64,000 nucleotides of DNA from Flectonema sp. DT1601 (GCA_964019425.1 OZ025798.1:496001-560000), one strand, 5' to 3'; shown: positions 1 to 13,093, numbered from the stretch's first letter. Notes: a model not told the origin generated them from the sequence alone. Made by a program: numbers and translations.

Positions 1-3000
1 AAACAGATGGCCAGTCTTCACTAGTTCCAAGACCAGTTACCCTAACGACGTAACGCTCGCCACGACGAGCGTTGATTGATACTGATGGAGTCGTTCCTCT
101 TCCACATAATACGGTTTGACTACCTGAAGGTGTTAGTATCGATTGAACTGTCATTGGTTTACTTGAGAATGGTCCAATAACTTCCAATGAAAACTCGGGA
201 GATACGAATCTATGATCACCAAGTACTTCGATTTCAGTTTTGCCACTGTTTGCTGCTGTTATAACAAACCAATTATCTAAATCAAACTCATTCCACTCCG
301 CAGCTACACCAGTATGACCTGAGAAACATATAGATCCAGGGTTACCTCTATTAGAAACACTTGCGATGTGAATACTGTTTTCACGATCAAAACAGATTGG
401 TAAAGGTTCATTAATCTTTAAGTCTTCAATTGGTTCCAAAGGTATCATTTCTGGTCCGTTAATGGATCCACAGCAGCATCCAGCTGGGAGTGAAGGTATT
501 TTTAAGCATTGGCAAAGACCAAGATCTCTAGCGGTTTGTGTTGAAAAAACACAACCTGCCTTTGTACAGTCGTCTTGAAGGATGTGTCTTCTACACATAT
601 CATAATTACCAGCACCTTCAAGAGTTTGAAGGGAGTATCCAGTGGTCTGACTGCTTACAATTGGAATTCCACTTTCACAGACGGGATTGCCGTATTGATC
701 AGTAACTTGTACTTCGATTCTGCCTACTGAGGATCCAATGACAACATATGAAGGTGTAGTTGTCTGTAGCATCATTGCCTCTCCAGCAACAACAGTCAGA
801 TATAATTCAGAAGATTGTAACGGAGGTGAGAAAGCTCTAAGAATTAGTTGACCACCTTCTGGAATCTTTTCCGGAACAGTAATTGATACTTTACAACTAT
901 TCGGTGAACCTGATCTACATGAGCTGACCTGTTGTGGTACTGCTCGTCTCATATCGTCACTGTCTGATGTGTGTCTTGTTGGGATGTTATTAATACTGAT
1001 GTCAATATGTTCTCCCCAGGCAACAAATCCTCCTCCCAAGTCAGCAGAATTCACAGTTATTTCTATAGTCGATCCTGCTGTAACTTTTCCGGAAGTTACA
1101 CCTGCTGAGCACATCAGAAGTTGATGTGGTGCAGAAGATTTGAAAGAAATATCTAACGGTGGAGTTACTAAGTTTGTTGACATATGTTTAATTGAGAGTT
1201 CAACAGATCCTCCACTTGAACTTCCACATTGATCAGAACGATCATAATGAAGAGCAATACCAGCGAAGTTAGCTATTCCATCTGAGGTTACTCGAACTTC
1301 ATTTTGCACATAGAGATCAGGTACTTCTAAAGTCGCTTCTTCAGACGAAAACAACGTAGCGATACTTGTTGCTGGATACTCACACCAAAATTGCATCAAC
1401 ATCTCACACGATACTGCTTCAAAAGGATAAGCCATACATTCACCAAAGTTACTTGGGTCAGGATCATGTAGTCCTTTACAACATCTGTTAACAGGATCAC
1501 TGTTGTACTTTTTATTAAAATATGAGGCACTTGCACTGCTGTCCCACATAACGACAGGAGGATTCGTAGTCGTGTCCACTACAGTAAGACCACTCCAAAA
1601 AGGTTTGCCTTGTGAACGTGATGTGACTAGTTTCTCTACAGCTTCACTGTCAACAGTGAGAAGAGTTCCTCCCTCAGCAAGACACTTGTCGGAAGCTAAT
1701 GTGCGAGATGTTGGGTTGAGGTAGTGTTCGAGACATTTACCTTCTAATAATGTTCTGTAGGTGTTACTCTCTTGACCCTCATCCCAAGGGCATTCAGTCA
1801 TCGCGGATTGCGGTAAGCGAACTGCATTACCGAAACCGTCAACCACTTGTGCTGTTACAGAGAACAGTTCACCGTTTAGGACCTCTTGTCTCTCTGGTCT
1901 TCCAACAAATTTTAAACGAGACACATTACCAGAGATAATATGAACTTCTTGAAGTAATGTGTTCTTAGCATTCGGAGACCAGAACAACAGCTGTAAAGCT
2001 GGTGCTGCTGCATGAGTGTGAGTAACATAGAATGAAGCAGTACCGTTAACAGCATGACTACCGTATGATTTCTTACACGTTACCTCTTTTGGTGAAGGAG
2101 GTAAATTCTTACTCAGGACAGCTAATGTACAAGTTAGTTGAGGAATACTTACCATCGTATCACACGATAACATCGGTTGGTAGGCACACGGAACGACAGT
2201 GTTTACAGGTGAGCATGCAACACAATCCTTATTCTGTTTGCAGACATCTGTACACTCATCGAGGGTTTGGAGAGGCGCACCAATAGTTTTACCGGTACAA
2301 GAAAAACTAGAATGATGAATGAAAAGACCTGACCTTACAGTCAAGTCATCAACTTCCCCTGAAGTAACACACATCACAATAGGAGACTGATGTTCATATG
2401 GTTCGTTGGTGTTTGAATTCAATACAGAAATCTCAATTTTAAATTCATCTCCAGATTTTCTAACTAACGGATTCGCATCGACAAGTCTCATAATCGGTTG
2501 AACAGGTGGTGTGATGTCAGCACAAGTTGATGATGGGTCCGGACAGTAGACACCACCACTGAGTGCACCAGCAGCAGTTCTATACTGCTGGCTGAAGGCC
2601 TCTGCGGAACTCATATCTAAAGGTCCTAACAACTTTCCAACAGTATCAGGAGTACAGGTTACACGTTTAAGCCCAACTGATATTAAAACATTCCAGTATA
2701 AACCAGAATTATCAGACACACATGAGTATGGTAAACAGTGACCTGAAGTCCTAGGCCTACCCACATTATACAAGTGAACATTACCCAAGAAGCATGCTGA
2801 AGAAGGACTAGAGATACTGAATGGAGAACATGTCCCAGTCAAACAATCTTGTCCAGCGCCATTCATGTTTGTAAAAGTAGTGCAGTCATCAGTAGCTGCA
2901 GTGTTTTCCCAGACCATACAATAATCCATTAGAGGATCATTACCGTAGTGGTATAATGCCTTCTCTCTTGAAGTAAAAAATGATCTTTCTCCACTATAAC

Positions 3001-4411
3001 TACTGACGTGAAGGTACTGGTCAGGCATTGGTTTGCTGTCTAAGTAGCCGCTGCAGGTTGCTAATGATGTTAGATCTGGAGTACAACGCTTACCACATCC
3101 TGTATCACCCAGTCTCTCACAAGTAAACAAACGTTCTTCGTAACAGCTGTATTTACTTGTTGATGTTTCTTTGTGCCATTCCATACATGATTTTTGTACG
3201 AATGAGCATCCAGCTCCTTTACCGTATTTTAAAACTTCTGCTGCGTCTTTATTTACTCGATAGTAGCCACTGTCTTCAAGCATTGCGAGTGTGATGGATG
3301 TGACTTTTGATTTCTTTTCAACGACTGAATTCATTATCTCTCCTCTTAAAATTCTTTTTTCCCAGTGGACGGTCTGACCCAGTCTTGTTAAATTCTCATT
3401 TTGGAACATGTAGTCCTCGAGTTCGAGACCAGGAAGAGACTGAGTCCCAAACAACGGACAATTAAAGTGCTTCTTAGCAGCCTCAATCACTGCAGGAGTT
3501 GTTTGAAGTGCTACGTTTGCTGTGGTATTGGTATTTGTTATTTCTGGAAAGAAAACTGGAGATCCAGCCTGGGTTGGTCTCTGTACCCGCGATTGCATTT
3601 GACTAGACTGCCTTCTACTGAATGATGAGTATCCGTGACCCCATTCAATGTAGTATGTCTCTGTGGTATCTGAAGGCGCTGCTAATGATGCCGTGAATCC
3701 CAGAATATGAATAAGTTCGTGAGTTATGACATCTGTTAAGTAGTTTTGTGGATCGTATTCCTCGTTTATAAATTTTGGATTTATATTTAAATGACCAACA
3801 ACAGGTCTATGAGTACCAGCAGCAAAGTAACACGGATATCCCAAAGCCATAATTGGATTCAGGGATAAGTCATGAACGATTGTTACGTTTGAAACAAATT
3901 CAAAAAACTCAGGTGTCACAGGACTCGCAGTAACAAATAATAACATATCAGTTGTGAGACCTCCAGCTGACGATAACCGAGGATCTGTGAAAGAAAATGA
4001 ATCTTTGCATGATACTTTTGCGATTTCAAGGGTTTCTTCACTTCCTGAAATCTTCAATGCTGATAACATTGGTGATAATCTTTTTATTGCTACAGACACA
4101 GCATCCTGAACTCTAGCTAATTTTGTTTGTGTTATAACATCACTATCTTCACAGGTGTAGGTTCCAATTTGTTGTGATTTCGACAGGCAGGTTAGTTCTG
4201 CATTACGGAGTTCATATTTCATATCAAATTTCATTTCTTTAAAAATGTTAACTTCTGGAGGCACTGTTTTACTCGTGCTTGTACCAATTACTCTTTCAGC
4301 AATTTCTTGTTTATTCCACCATGGCCAGACTCCATGAATACTATTATGGAGTAAGTCAGCTGCTCCAATTTGAACCATCACTGTCAAACAAATTGCCAGC
4401 TGACGCTTCAT
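1..4411 (-). CDS. Leishmanolysin/GP63-like M8 zinc metalloprotease with a long Cys-rich, Ig-like C-terminal extension (3' end runs off the window)
   Basis: Manual translation from ATG 4411: MKRQLAICLTVMVQIGAA (signal-like), RPVVGHLNINP, HELIHILGF (HExxHxxGF near 3695-3721), LELED, HWEKRILRGEIM, SITLAMLEDSGYY, YGKGAGCSF, all M8 hallmarks. The frame was open at each place spot-checked, down to base 1. It is absent from the ORF track because there is no stop in the window. Confidence 0.9.
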   Translation of the reverse strand, partial: MKRQLAICLTVMVQIGAADLLHNSIHGVWPWWNKQEIAERVIGTSTSKTVPPEVNIFKEMKFDMKYELRNAELTCLSKSQQIGTYTCEDSDVITQTKLARVQDAVSVAIKRLSPMLSALKISGSEETLEIAKVSCKDSFSFTDPRLSSAGGLTTDMLLFVTASPVTPEFFEFVSNVTIVHDLSLNPIMALGYPCYFAAGTHRPVVGHLNINPKFINEEYDPQNYLTDVITHELIHILGFTASLAAPSDTTETYYIEWGHGYSSFSRRQSSQMQSRVQRPTQAGSPVFFPEITNTNTTANVALQTTPAVIEAAKKHFNCPLFGTQSLPGLELEDYMFQNENLTRLGQTVHWEKRILRGEIMNSVVEKKSKVTSITLAMLEDSGYYRVNKDAAEVLKYGKGAGCSFVQKSCMEWHKETSTSKYSCYEERLFTCERLGDTGCGKRCTPDLTSLATCSGYLDSKPMPDQYLHVSSYSGERSFFTSREKALYHYGNDPLMDYCMVWENTAATDDCTTFTNMNGAGQDCLTGTCSPFSISSPSSACFLGNVHLYNVGRPRTSGHCLPYSCVSDNSGLYWNVLISVGLKRVTCTPDTVGKLLGPLDMSSAEAFSQQYRTAAGALSGGVYCPDPSSTCADITPPVQPIMRLVDANPLVRKSGDEFKIEISVLNSNTNEPYEHQSPIVMCVTSGEVDDLTVRSGLFIHHSSFSCTGKTIGAPLQTLDECTDVCKQNKDCVACSPVNTVVPCAYQPMLSCDTMVSIPQLTCTLAVLSKNLPPSPKEVTCKKSYGSHAVNGTASFYVTHTHAAAPALQLLFWSPNAKNTLLQEVHIISGNVSRLKFVGRPERQEVLNGELFSVTAQVVDGFGNAVRLPQSAMTECPWDEGQESNTYRTLLEGKCLEHYLNPTSRTLASDKCLAEGGTLLTVDSEAVEKLVTSRSQGKPFWSGLTVVDTTTNPPVVMWDSSASASYFNKKYNSDPVNRCCKGLHDPDPSNFGECMAYPFEAVSCEMLMQFWCEYPATSIATLFSSEEATLEVPDLYVQNEVRVTSDGIANFAGIALHYDRSDQCGSSSGGSVELSIKHMSTNLVTPPLDISFKSSAPHQLLMCSAGVTSGKVTAGSTIEITVNSADLGGGFVAWGEHIDISINNIPTRHTSDSDDMRRAVPQQVSSCRSGSPNSCKVSITVPEKIPEGGQLILRAFSPPLQSSELYLTVVAGEAMMLQTTTPSYVVIGSSVGRIEVQVTDQYGNPVCESGIPIVSSQTTGYSLQTLEGAGNYDMCRRHILQDDCTKAGCVFSTQTARDLGLCQCLKIPSLPAGCCCGSINGPEMIPLEPIEDLKINEPLPICFDRENSIHIASVSNRGNPGSICFSGHTGVAAEWNEFDLDNWFVITAANSGKTEIEVLGDHRFVSPEFSLEVIGPFSSKPMTVQSILTPSGSQTVLCGRGTTPSVSINARRGERYVVRVTGLGTSEDWPSV

Positions 4412-4827
4412 TTCTTCCAACCTCCCCCCTTCTTTATTATTGTTAGTGGTGGTCCTCTCGGAGGGGCGTTTTTTTTTTAATTTTTTTTAAAATTCCTGGA
4501 TATTTTTTTTGAATGGAAAATTATTTATTATAATTTAAATCAATCAAATATATACTTATGCACTCACACGTCCTTCATATCTTCATGACTGGTGTCTTCA
4601 TGACTGTAGAGTGAAGAGGATAAAAAACAGAAAAAACAAAACTATTAAAAACAAGGAGATAATAAAATAACTACTGGCTGGAAACGAATATCTAACCGAA
4701 AACTCGAACTTGAAAAAGCACAAACAAAAAAAAAATAGGATAAATGGCGGCAAAAACAACCGTCGGAATCTATGTGTGTAAATGATAAGGGTATTCTTAA
4801 TTTTAATTTCGTAATTCAACTCAGTGG

Positions 4828-7800
4828 TCACACAACAATAATATCATCAGATTTATGTTGTTGTGATTGATGTCTGTTCGCCAGTAGTCGTATTTTTTGA
4901 GGCATTTTCAAAGTGGTATCTGAGTCAGCACTACCTGATCTTGGTTTAACCATACCAGTGTTACTAAGAGCTGCAGCTACACTAGTCATGGTACTTAATC
5001 TCATCTTTATTGGACTTCTTCCACGACTGTGTTTGAAGTGTCCTTTGAGAGCATAAAATAACTTACAAAGTAATCCCGGCACTGACCTACACAGCGCACT
5101 GTAGTGACCAGTTGTTGCGAAACGAGCTTCTTCATTTTCATCTTCCGCAGCGAAATTCATTATCTCTGAGAAGGTGGTTCGGAAATTAGAAGTCGGCCGA
5201 CTATTTCTTCGCATGCTTGGAGATGAGATTTCTTTTTCTAGAGTTGGAAGGTCACTGTCCCAAGTACTACAGGCGTTGTAAACTTTAACAAATCGTTGCA
5301 TAAATTCGTCTTCATTTATTCGCTCATGATTCAGATCATTCTCAACGTGAGAGATGTACATTCTAACCAATGAAAGGGTTAACCTAGAATACCTATGTAA
5401 GACAATGATGTACCGTCTATACTTACGAACAAGGTTTTCTAAATCAGAACTCTCTCGATCATCTGAGATTCTATTTTCTGATGTACTATTCGAGCGAAGA
5501 CTACGAGCGCTTTGTCGTCGTCCCGGACGTTTTCTTGCTCCACTCTGAGATCGTTCTCTAGGGAGGAAACCCGATGATTTTGCCGTCTGTAAAGCCTTCG
5601 TTGTTAAAGTGTCAATCTCTGCTAATGCTTTACTCGCATCTACAATTGATGTTTTGTTTTCACTTCCATTATAAGAACAAGAGATAGCTCTCATACCACT
5701 AAAAGCTGCAGCTAGTAACTGTCGTAGTATGTCAGGTGTTGATGAATTTGATGTTTCTTGATCTGAAGTGACATCAGTTTGATCACCAACAGTTCCAACA
5801 ACATGTTGTCTTGACAATTCAACAAGAGAAGGAGCATTATTGATGCATTCCATTCTAATATCATGGATCTCTAATTCATGTTCTATTTCAGTCTGTAGTG
5901 TTTTCTCAGAACTGTTGCCGTCAAAGATGCTCTCTCTTGGGATTCTGCCAGTCAGAATCTTCGGTAAAATAGAAACAACTGGAGTCGAGAGAGTATTCCC
6001 AGGAAGGTATCTCTCTCCTAGTACAGTTATACTACAATTAGCAGCAAGGTGTGGAAGGATCATTTCTACATCATCAGCGCAGATGAGGATTTGTCCAGGG
6101 ATAGCAATTCCACACAACTGTTGTGACGCTTCCAAAACCGGGTTTTGAGAGTCGTTCGACAACTGTTCTGAAACACTTCCTCCAGAGAGTCCCATTTTAA
6201 GACGAAGACCATTCCAAATATATCGTCCTCCAAGCTGTTTTTTGATTTATTTTATATTTATAAGGCCTAGCTGCGAAAAAAAAGGTGTACCACAAAAGTT
6301 AGGAAACACGAATATGGGAGACTTTCGTTCCCTGAGTTCATTTTAAAATTATCATAGCAGAGAGATGACATCGATGATAAATCATTTGTATTGTTTGATG
6401 AAACACATGGTGATGACATAACAGATAACAAATTAAAAAGTTTAAATTAGGTGCCAAGGTGTCAGATAAACCTGATGAAGTAGTTGTTCAACATTACCTA
6501 ATGTAGAGTAATTGGAAAACAGATGTCAATAAATGATAAGATACGAATATGTGTCATGAGGGGGGTAATGTTTTCCGACGCCCTTCTCTAATTTCGATGA
6601 TATCACAGAACACGAATAACACCCCTCCGAACAAGTTAAAAGTTTTTTTTTAAAAAAAAGAAGACACACACCTGGACAGTCTCTGTATATTCCGTAGTGA
6701 GTAGCGATGGATCCCAATTCACTTCTAATAATCGATGTTGGATATCAAGTGACCACGCAATAGCATGTGAGAGTTCCTCAAATATTAAAGTGAACGTGTT
6801 CCCAGAATGTAATTCAATTCCGTGATGAAGATGTGCAGTCCGCCTGAGAACTTCTTGAAGTTTATTAATAGACGTCTGAACTACTAATTCTGAAATGGTA
6901 TTCCAAACATGTTCGATTCCGTCTATAGTTCCAAACACAATCCATGATAGGGATCCTTGTTCTCTGACTTTTTTAGTTGTTATGAATGATGATGTTTGAA
7001 TTAGGTTTTCTGCTTCTAAATTCTTGTCCAATTCCTGTTGTACTACTTCGATTGCATCACAGCTGGTACAGTTGGTTATCTGTTGTTCTTCTAGTTGTTG
7101 TTGAAGTGGTTTATTAATTTGTATTTTATATTTAAATGTTTTGAAATGATCTAATCTCGATCTCAATACCGTCGGCATCGCCAAGAACAGTTTCTCATCA
7201 AGGAGAGTGCATAGCTCAGGCTGTTCAATATGTATGTCAGATGGAAGCTTTTCACTGATTGACTCAACAACCGCTTCTGTGATAAGCGTTTCACCACCAG
7301 CTGTGTTCATTGCAAGCTGGTGAGATGTTTCCCATAAAGGTGTTTTATACAAACTCTCTGCTTGAAATGTCGGTCTCCTAGGTGAATCTGTCATTTCTTT
7401 CCGAAACTGCTGCCCACAGTGAACGACAATACCAGCCGTCACACCTTTCCACAATAAGATATTATTGCCATCGATTTGTTCATAAGTCTCTCTTTGTATC
7501 GAACTTGGTATGATGTTTTCATGTGTTTTGTACTCCACAAGATCGCTGAGTAGCATTTTGTGAATCTCAGATGAGCATACAACTGCATTTTCAATTTGTG
7601 CAAACACGGCAGAAATAGCGTCTACCTCACTGTGGGTGATTTGACCATGATGTTTTGTGACTAGTTGGGTTGTTAAGGAAGCCATGTTTGTGAATAATTT
7701 AGCTGCATTGTTTTGCATTCCGGTTTCAGATGCCATGTTCCAAATCTCATTAAATTGAGAAAAGTGTAATGTCAAGTACGCGATATTTGCAAGATTCTGT

Positions 7801-9542
7801 CCTTTTGGTGACAGCAGTGGGGAGGCTACCATATTACTACCCTGACCACACTTCTGTAGTATGATGTCTATAGCTTGTAGGGCTACTCTGTTCTTAGCCT
7901 TTCGTAATGTCAGCCATTGCTGTCGGCTAACTGGAGCTTCTTGAGATGAAGGATTCTTGTTAGCGTAGATTCGTTCCTTGAGAGATATTGGAGTATATGT
8001 CCAGCAGTTTATACCTGACATCGAACCATCTTCTTCCTTTGTTTTGGAGTAGTTATCAGGTGTTAGGTCTCCACGTAACTGACACTCAAATAAATCAGTT
8101 GCTTCAGCTAGTTGTTCGTGGACTTTATGAGCTACTAGCGTCTCTCCACCACGTGCGATGTTAGATAAGTTTTTACTGATAGCAATGATGTCTCCATGGA
8201 AACGGCTGTCGACCATCCGCAAGTCTCCCGACACTACAGCAGAGCAAGCCTTTACTCCCCTCCACAGTGTGGCTTCTGGTTTTGTGTTTGTAGTTTTCCT
8301 CGCAAAGAAATCTCCTCGTAGAAGATTAGCTGACCAGGGAGCTTTTAACAGATTCTCTTGTAAGAACATAGTCCACTGGACTGCTTGTAATGCTGTAGTG
8401 AATGCAGCACCATATGTGTCAGCATTACAGTGAAGTTCTATTGCTTCGTGTGACAGAGTTAGTTCTCTACAAGTTGAAACAAAAATATCACACGATTCCT
8501 TAGCTAGTTCTGTATGGTTCGTCCAAAGGCTACCTGAATCTAGTGTACTAAAAACAACAACATAAGTTCCATCTGATAAACTGTTATCAGTAACATCTGA
8601 TCTTGATCGTCGAAGTCGTGTTGTTGCGACTGATAGTCTTCTGGCATTCTCTAAGGCTTGTCGATGAACAATTTTCATTGATCGGATTTGTTTTCCATGT
8701 TCGCTCAGATGCTGTTTTTGTTTGTATTCACTTTTTAGTAGCCTTTCTTTTAGTAGGGTGACTTCCTCAGCTAGTTGCTCAGATCTAGACTTCTCATCTC
8801 GAAGCTTCGTATCCAATTCAGATATACCCGCTGTAACCTCGTTGATTAGAGAAATAATCTGAGCAGATGAACATTTTTTTTGACTATAAAACTGAGCCAC
8901 TCTTTTTCTGATATTTTCAACCCTCTCTGAGAGTACTTTCGCACAACCTAAATCAATCTCTCTTTGAACAGGTGTGTGGTTGTCATGATCAGTTTCTTCA
9001 AGTTCTGGCTGAGTGTTTGTAGTTGTTTGCATTCTTATTATGGGTCTTTTTAACTCAGACACATCAGCAACAATGGGTATCTCTTCTACTTTTGGTTGTC
9101 GCTCATAATCATCTAAAAGTTGCTCCACACGCTGATTTATTTCTGATAAAGTTACTCTTCTCTTATGTGCTTGTGCTTGTGGTCCATCTTCACTCCCCTG
9201 TCGTACTACATTTGGTGAAGTGTCGAATTTTGATTTTGTTGGAGAAGTAGGTTCGGTTCCAGCTAAGAGCTGTAATTGTTCCGAGGGTAGTATACATGCA
9301 GGACTGTGGATGTTATTTTTCTTAAGTTTGTTTTGTGGTCTTCCCAATCGAAGATGTGGTACTACTGACAACGGTTTCAACTCTTTGAGTGATCTATCAA
9401 ATCCTTTTGTTTCAATACAAAGCTTCGTAGCACCGAAGCTTGTCGTCATTTGTATTCGAAACGTCCATTCTGTTGATAATAAAAGTACGTATGATACCAG
9501 TAAGTAAAGAGGGGAACCTGTCTTAGCAATCGTGTTCGTCAT
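4828..9542 (-). CDS. Coiled-coil protein with three degenerate class III nucleotide-cyclase domains; 2 exons (9542-6672, 6234-4828)
   Basis: ORFs 6636..9542 and 4828..6195 join in frame through GT-AG intron 6235..6671 (ETVQ|LGGRYIWNGLRLKMG). Three repeats of the cyclase pattern (LWRGVKACSAVVSG, LWKGVTAGIVVHCG, IWNGLRLKMGLSGG; GGETL / PGQIL). Confidence 0.8.
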
Positions 9543-11141
9543 TCAACGACGTACTTTCTAATGGTGTCGATCCTGACAAAAAAAAAATAGAGTTAGTAGT
9601 AACATCACACAACATCAAGTCCTCTTTTAATTTATAAGAGCTGCATCGGGAGCTAGTTTTTCTGAAGGCTGTGCAGTCTGAAAGTGTTGCAGTGGCAACG
9701 AATAACCTTAGCGAAAGATACAATAGTGTGCAAAAAACTGGATACTGACCAAGATTAAAAATAAAAATAAAGCATAGGAAAGCAAGAATCGAAGAAAAGA
9801 AAAGAAAGAAAAACAAAAAAAAACATGGTCGCTTTTATATTGATCGCCACTCATTAAATATTCCTATTATTTTATTTTTTTTTGTGTGTGTTAAAACTGG
9901 TTTTTGTTAGTTTGAAAGAAAAAAAAAAAAGAGTGCTCCTCATTTTTTTTTTTTTAATTTTAAATTTTTACAGATATCTAATTTACATAATTCATTGATG
10001 TAATCAGCAAAAAAAAAACGACAAGTGGCCAATATTCACCTTAATTTATATTTTTTTTTTTTTTTTTCCCCCGACTAACCATGGAGAAAAAGCAGAAATA
10101 CCGCCTCATTACATTACATTAAATAGACGGAGGACAGGAGGAAAGGAGACTTCTTAACCATTGAACAAAGTTGTTGCTTGCAATAAGCGCTTTTTTTTTT
10201 TTTTGGAAGAAAAAAAAAAAGTGAAAGAGAAAGATTATTTGTTTTGTAAATAAGTCGATAACATTATATTGCGCGGCACTGATACAGCAAGCTAAGGAGG
10301 TCATCAAGTTAACTGTTTAGAGTTTGCAGGTCTCTGATAGGAAACTAAATGAAAGGTTCAATACTCTCTGTGACAATTAAATCAGTATAAGGTTCTCTCG
10401 GAAGATTCCTCATTTGATGGTGAAAGGAAGTACAGAAAATGTTGTTGTTACTGTTGAGCAACATTTAAGTAAAAAATGATAACACAGAAAGTTGTTGCCT
10501 GTCAAACTATCAAAGGAAAACACAGAGCAATTATGATAAAAATTGCAAAGAATAAAATTGATTTTTTTTTTTTTTTTTTTTTTTTTTCCTGAAGTCATTA
10601 TTTGGAAGGTAACCAGCACCTCACTCACAATTATTATAACGCATCTTGTTTTTTTTTTTTTTTTTTTATACGCAACTAGAAAGCCTTAACAAAAAGTAAA
10701 ACTGCTGAACGTTACACGCTGCCACAGTTCTTTTTCGCTCGTAAAACAACATGTTCGGGATGAAAAAAAAAAAGGGGGGGACTTGGATAAATAAACCAAG
10801 GCTTAACACGCAACAAAATAAGGAAGGTGAAATAATTGTTTTTTTTGAAAAAAAAATATTTACAATGATATAAATATATGTATTGCATTGTATCAAAAAG
10901 TTAACTAATTTAAATATTAGTAATTTATGAGACAGTTGACCTAAAGGGAAGGAAGAGGGAACGAAGACAACACAATGCCGTGTAAGAAGAATGCGTCTTC
11001 GGTGACAGTAAATAGCCCTCTGCTTAATCAACTAAAAAGACAGTTAGTACTAATAGTTGTCAGTCAATCAAAAAAAAAATCAAATCAAAAATACGTCGGA
11101 CAACAAATAAATAATAGTTAAAATCAGTTAGCGAAATACAG

Positions 11142-11515
11142 AACTGATGACTACGAGGGGTCTGGGTAGCCCGCATCAGTAAGGACCCAATCGCGAAGAT
11201 TGTAGTTTTATAGCTTCCACTTTGCCCAGAGGCTAACAAGTTGAAAATAACTAAAAGAAAATAAAAAAGAGAAATGATCTGGGAGTGGGGGGATAAGGTT
11301 TAAAAAAAAAAAACCTTTTTCATTCTAAAAACAATATTTTTCTTTATAATAAGACCATGTGTGCCATAAATAGAAACCCACCGGAACAGTACCGAGGATC
11401 GCTCACCCCCAGTTGTCCAAAGCATTATAATTGTACTGTGGGCTTACCGAAAGCTTAGAAAGTACCACAAAAACTGGGCAACACATAGCCGTATCACTCA
11501 GCAAGAAATGAAAAC
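11142..11515. repeat. Dispersed repeat family A, copy 1
   Basis: Aligns with indels to 62341..62713 (aactga-gactacgag, cgaagattgtagttt, ttgcccaga-gctaaca, gaacagtaccgaggatcg, gaagtaccacaaaaactgggca, tatcactcagcaa). Confidence 0.85.
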
Positions 11516-13093
11516 AAAAAGGATTAGATAAGACGACAGTCAGTTTATAGTAACAAAACAAAAACAAATAAAAAAAAAAATAAAAAAAAAAGTTTCATGA
11601 TTTCCAATAAAGAAAGCTCTCTGCACATCCGTGTCCAGCACAGCAACTATAAACTATAAACTAATCACACACAGTGATTTTGATAGCGACAAGATTGGTC
11701 AAGCTACCCGATCAAGACGTTGAAAAACGCTTGATTGAGAAGAGGCAAGACACCAGTTGTAAAAAGCAAAGAATACTTTTTCTAACAGGAGCAACCTGTA
11801 AAGGGAAAGGGGTACACTAGAAAAATCATTATAGAGCCGAGCTCACGTGCTAAGAGAAAATGCATTAACTGCAGACTTATAGCTTACAGTTTCAACAGAC
11901 AGACAGACATAAGGTGCACATCAGTAACCTCGGGTAGGTCAGATATCATTTGACGGGTCAACAGACACCACTTGATTTAAGGAAAAGAATTAACGTGTAA
12001 TCTCGATCTGATGGACAGGTCATCCTCAGAGACAAGATTCCGCTTAACTTTTTTTTTCTTTTTTTCTTTTATGTAGATTTAATGAGGTGATCAGCTATCA
12101 CCTCAAGGAAAGCCAGTAGTTGGTTAGCAAAGTCTCTGAGAAGACCCCAATCGCGGAGATTGTGTTTTTATATAGTTTCAGATGTAAGGATCATTTCCCG
12201 AGAAGTCGAGCTTTTCTTACTTTTTATACGCAAAATAACATCACAAAATTTATGACCTTCAGCAGTATAAAAGACTCAGCGCTCATCCACAGGGGAGGGG
12301 TGGAAGATATCACTTTTCAAAGAAGCTAAAACAGGATCATTTTTTTTTTTTTTTTGGGAAAGAAAAAGATATTTTGAGTTCTCTATTTTTTTTATTCAGT
12401 AATTATGGCAGCTTGAAAATAGAAAAAGTTTTTTTTTTTTTTTCTGACCGCTAGCTAAGCTTCATTTTTTTTTTAATTTTTATTCAAACGTAAAGGAGTT
12501 TTATGGTTTTTTTTTTTTTTTTTTTTGATTGATGTAAGTCAGTATGAAAACATCAAAGCAAACCAGACAGTTCCCAGGAGTTATCACCAATAAAAAATTA
12601 ATCGTTAAATCTAACAAAACAACAGTACCAAAATCTGATAGCTTGTTCTATCTTGCTAGTGCAGTTTCTGAAGCATTTTGCTGCTAAAGAAACAGGGAGA
12701 GGAGAAGAGACAGGACTTTTTTTATTTATTTATTTATTTTTTTTTTTTTTAAAAATTCAAAAAAATAACCAAACAGTGACCAGTAGAAAATAAGAATGGT
12801 AGCTACCGCAGTCGTGAATGACTAACAACAAAATATAAAAAATAAGAAATAACATAACAAAACTTATCAGAACTTTTGATGAATTCCTGCGACACATTAA
12901 ATTAAGAGGAGAGACTATAGGCTGTGCTTATTATTTTTTTTTAAGGGAGAGCAAGACTTGCAAATTTTAGATGGGGTCCCTTCATGGTATTTATTTATCT
13001 ATTTTACCTCGGGGAGTATAAAAAAAGGGATCAGCTTTTTTTAACCACTCCCCGAGTGTAAGGAAAGAAAAAAGCTTTTGCCTAAGCGCAGTG

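Noticed and set aside
1503..3625. Plus-strand short ORFs here and opposite other genes
   Set aside because: Antisense shadows of well-supported minus-strand genes.
11938..12028. Possible box C/D snoRNA on the minus strand (AGGATGA...CTGA)
   Set aside because: The C box is non-canonical and I found no recognisable rRNA complementarity upstream of the D box.
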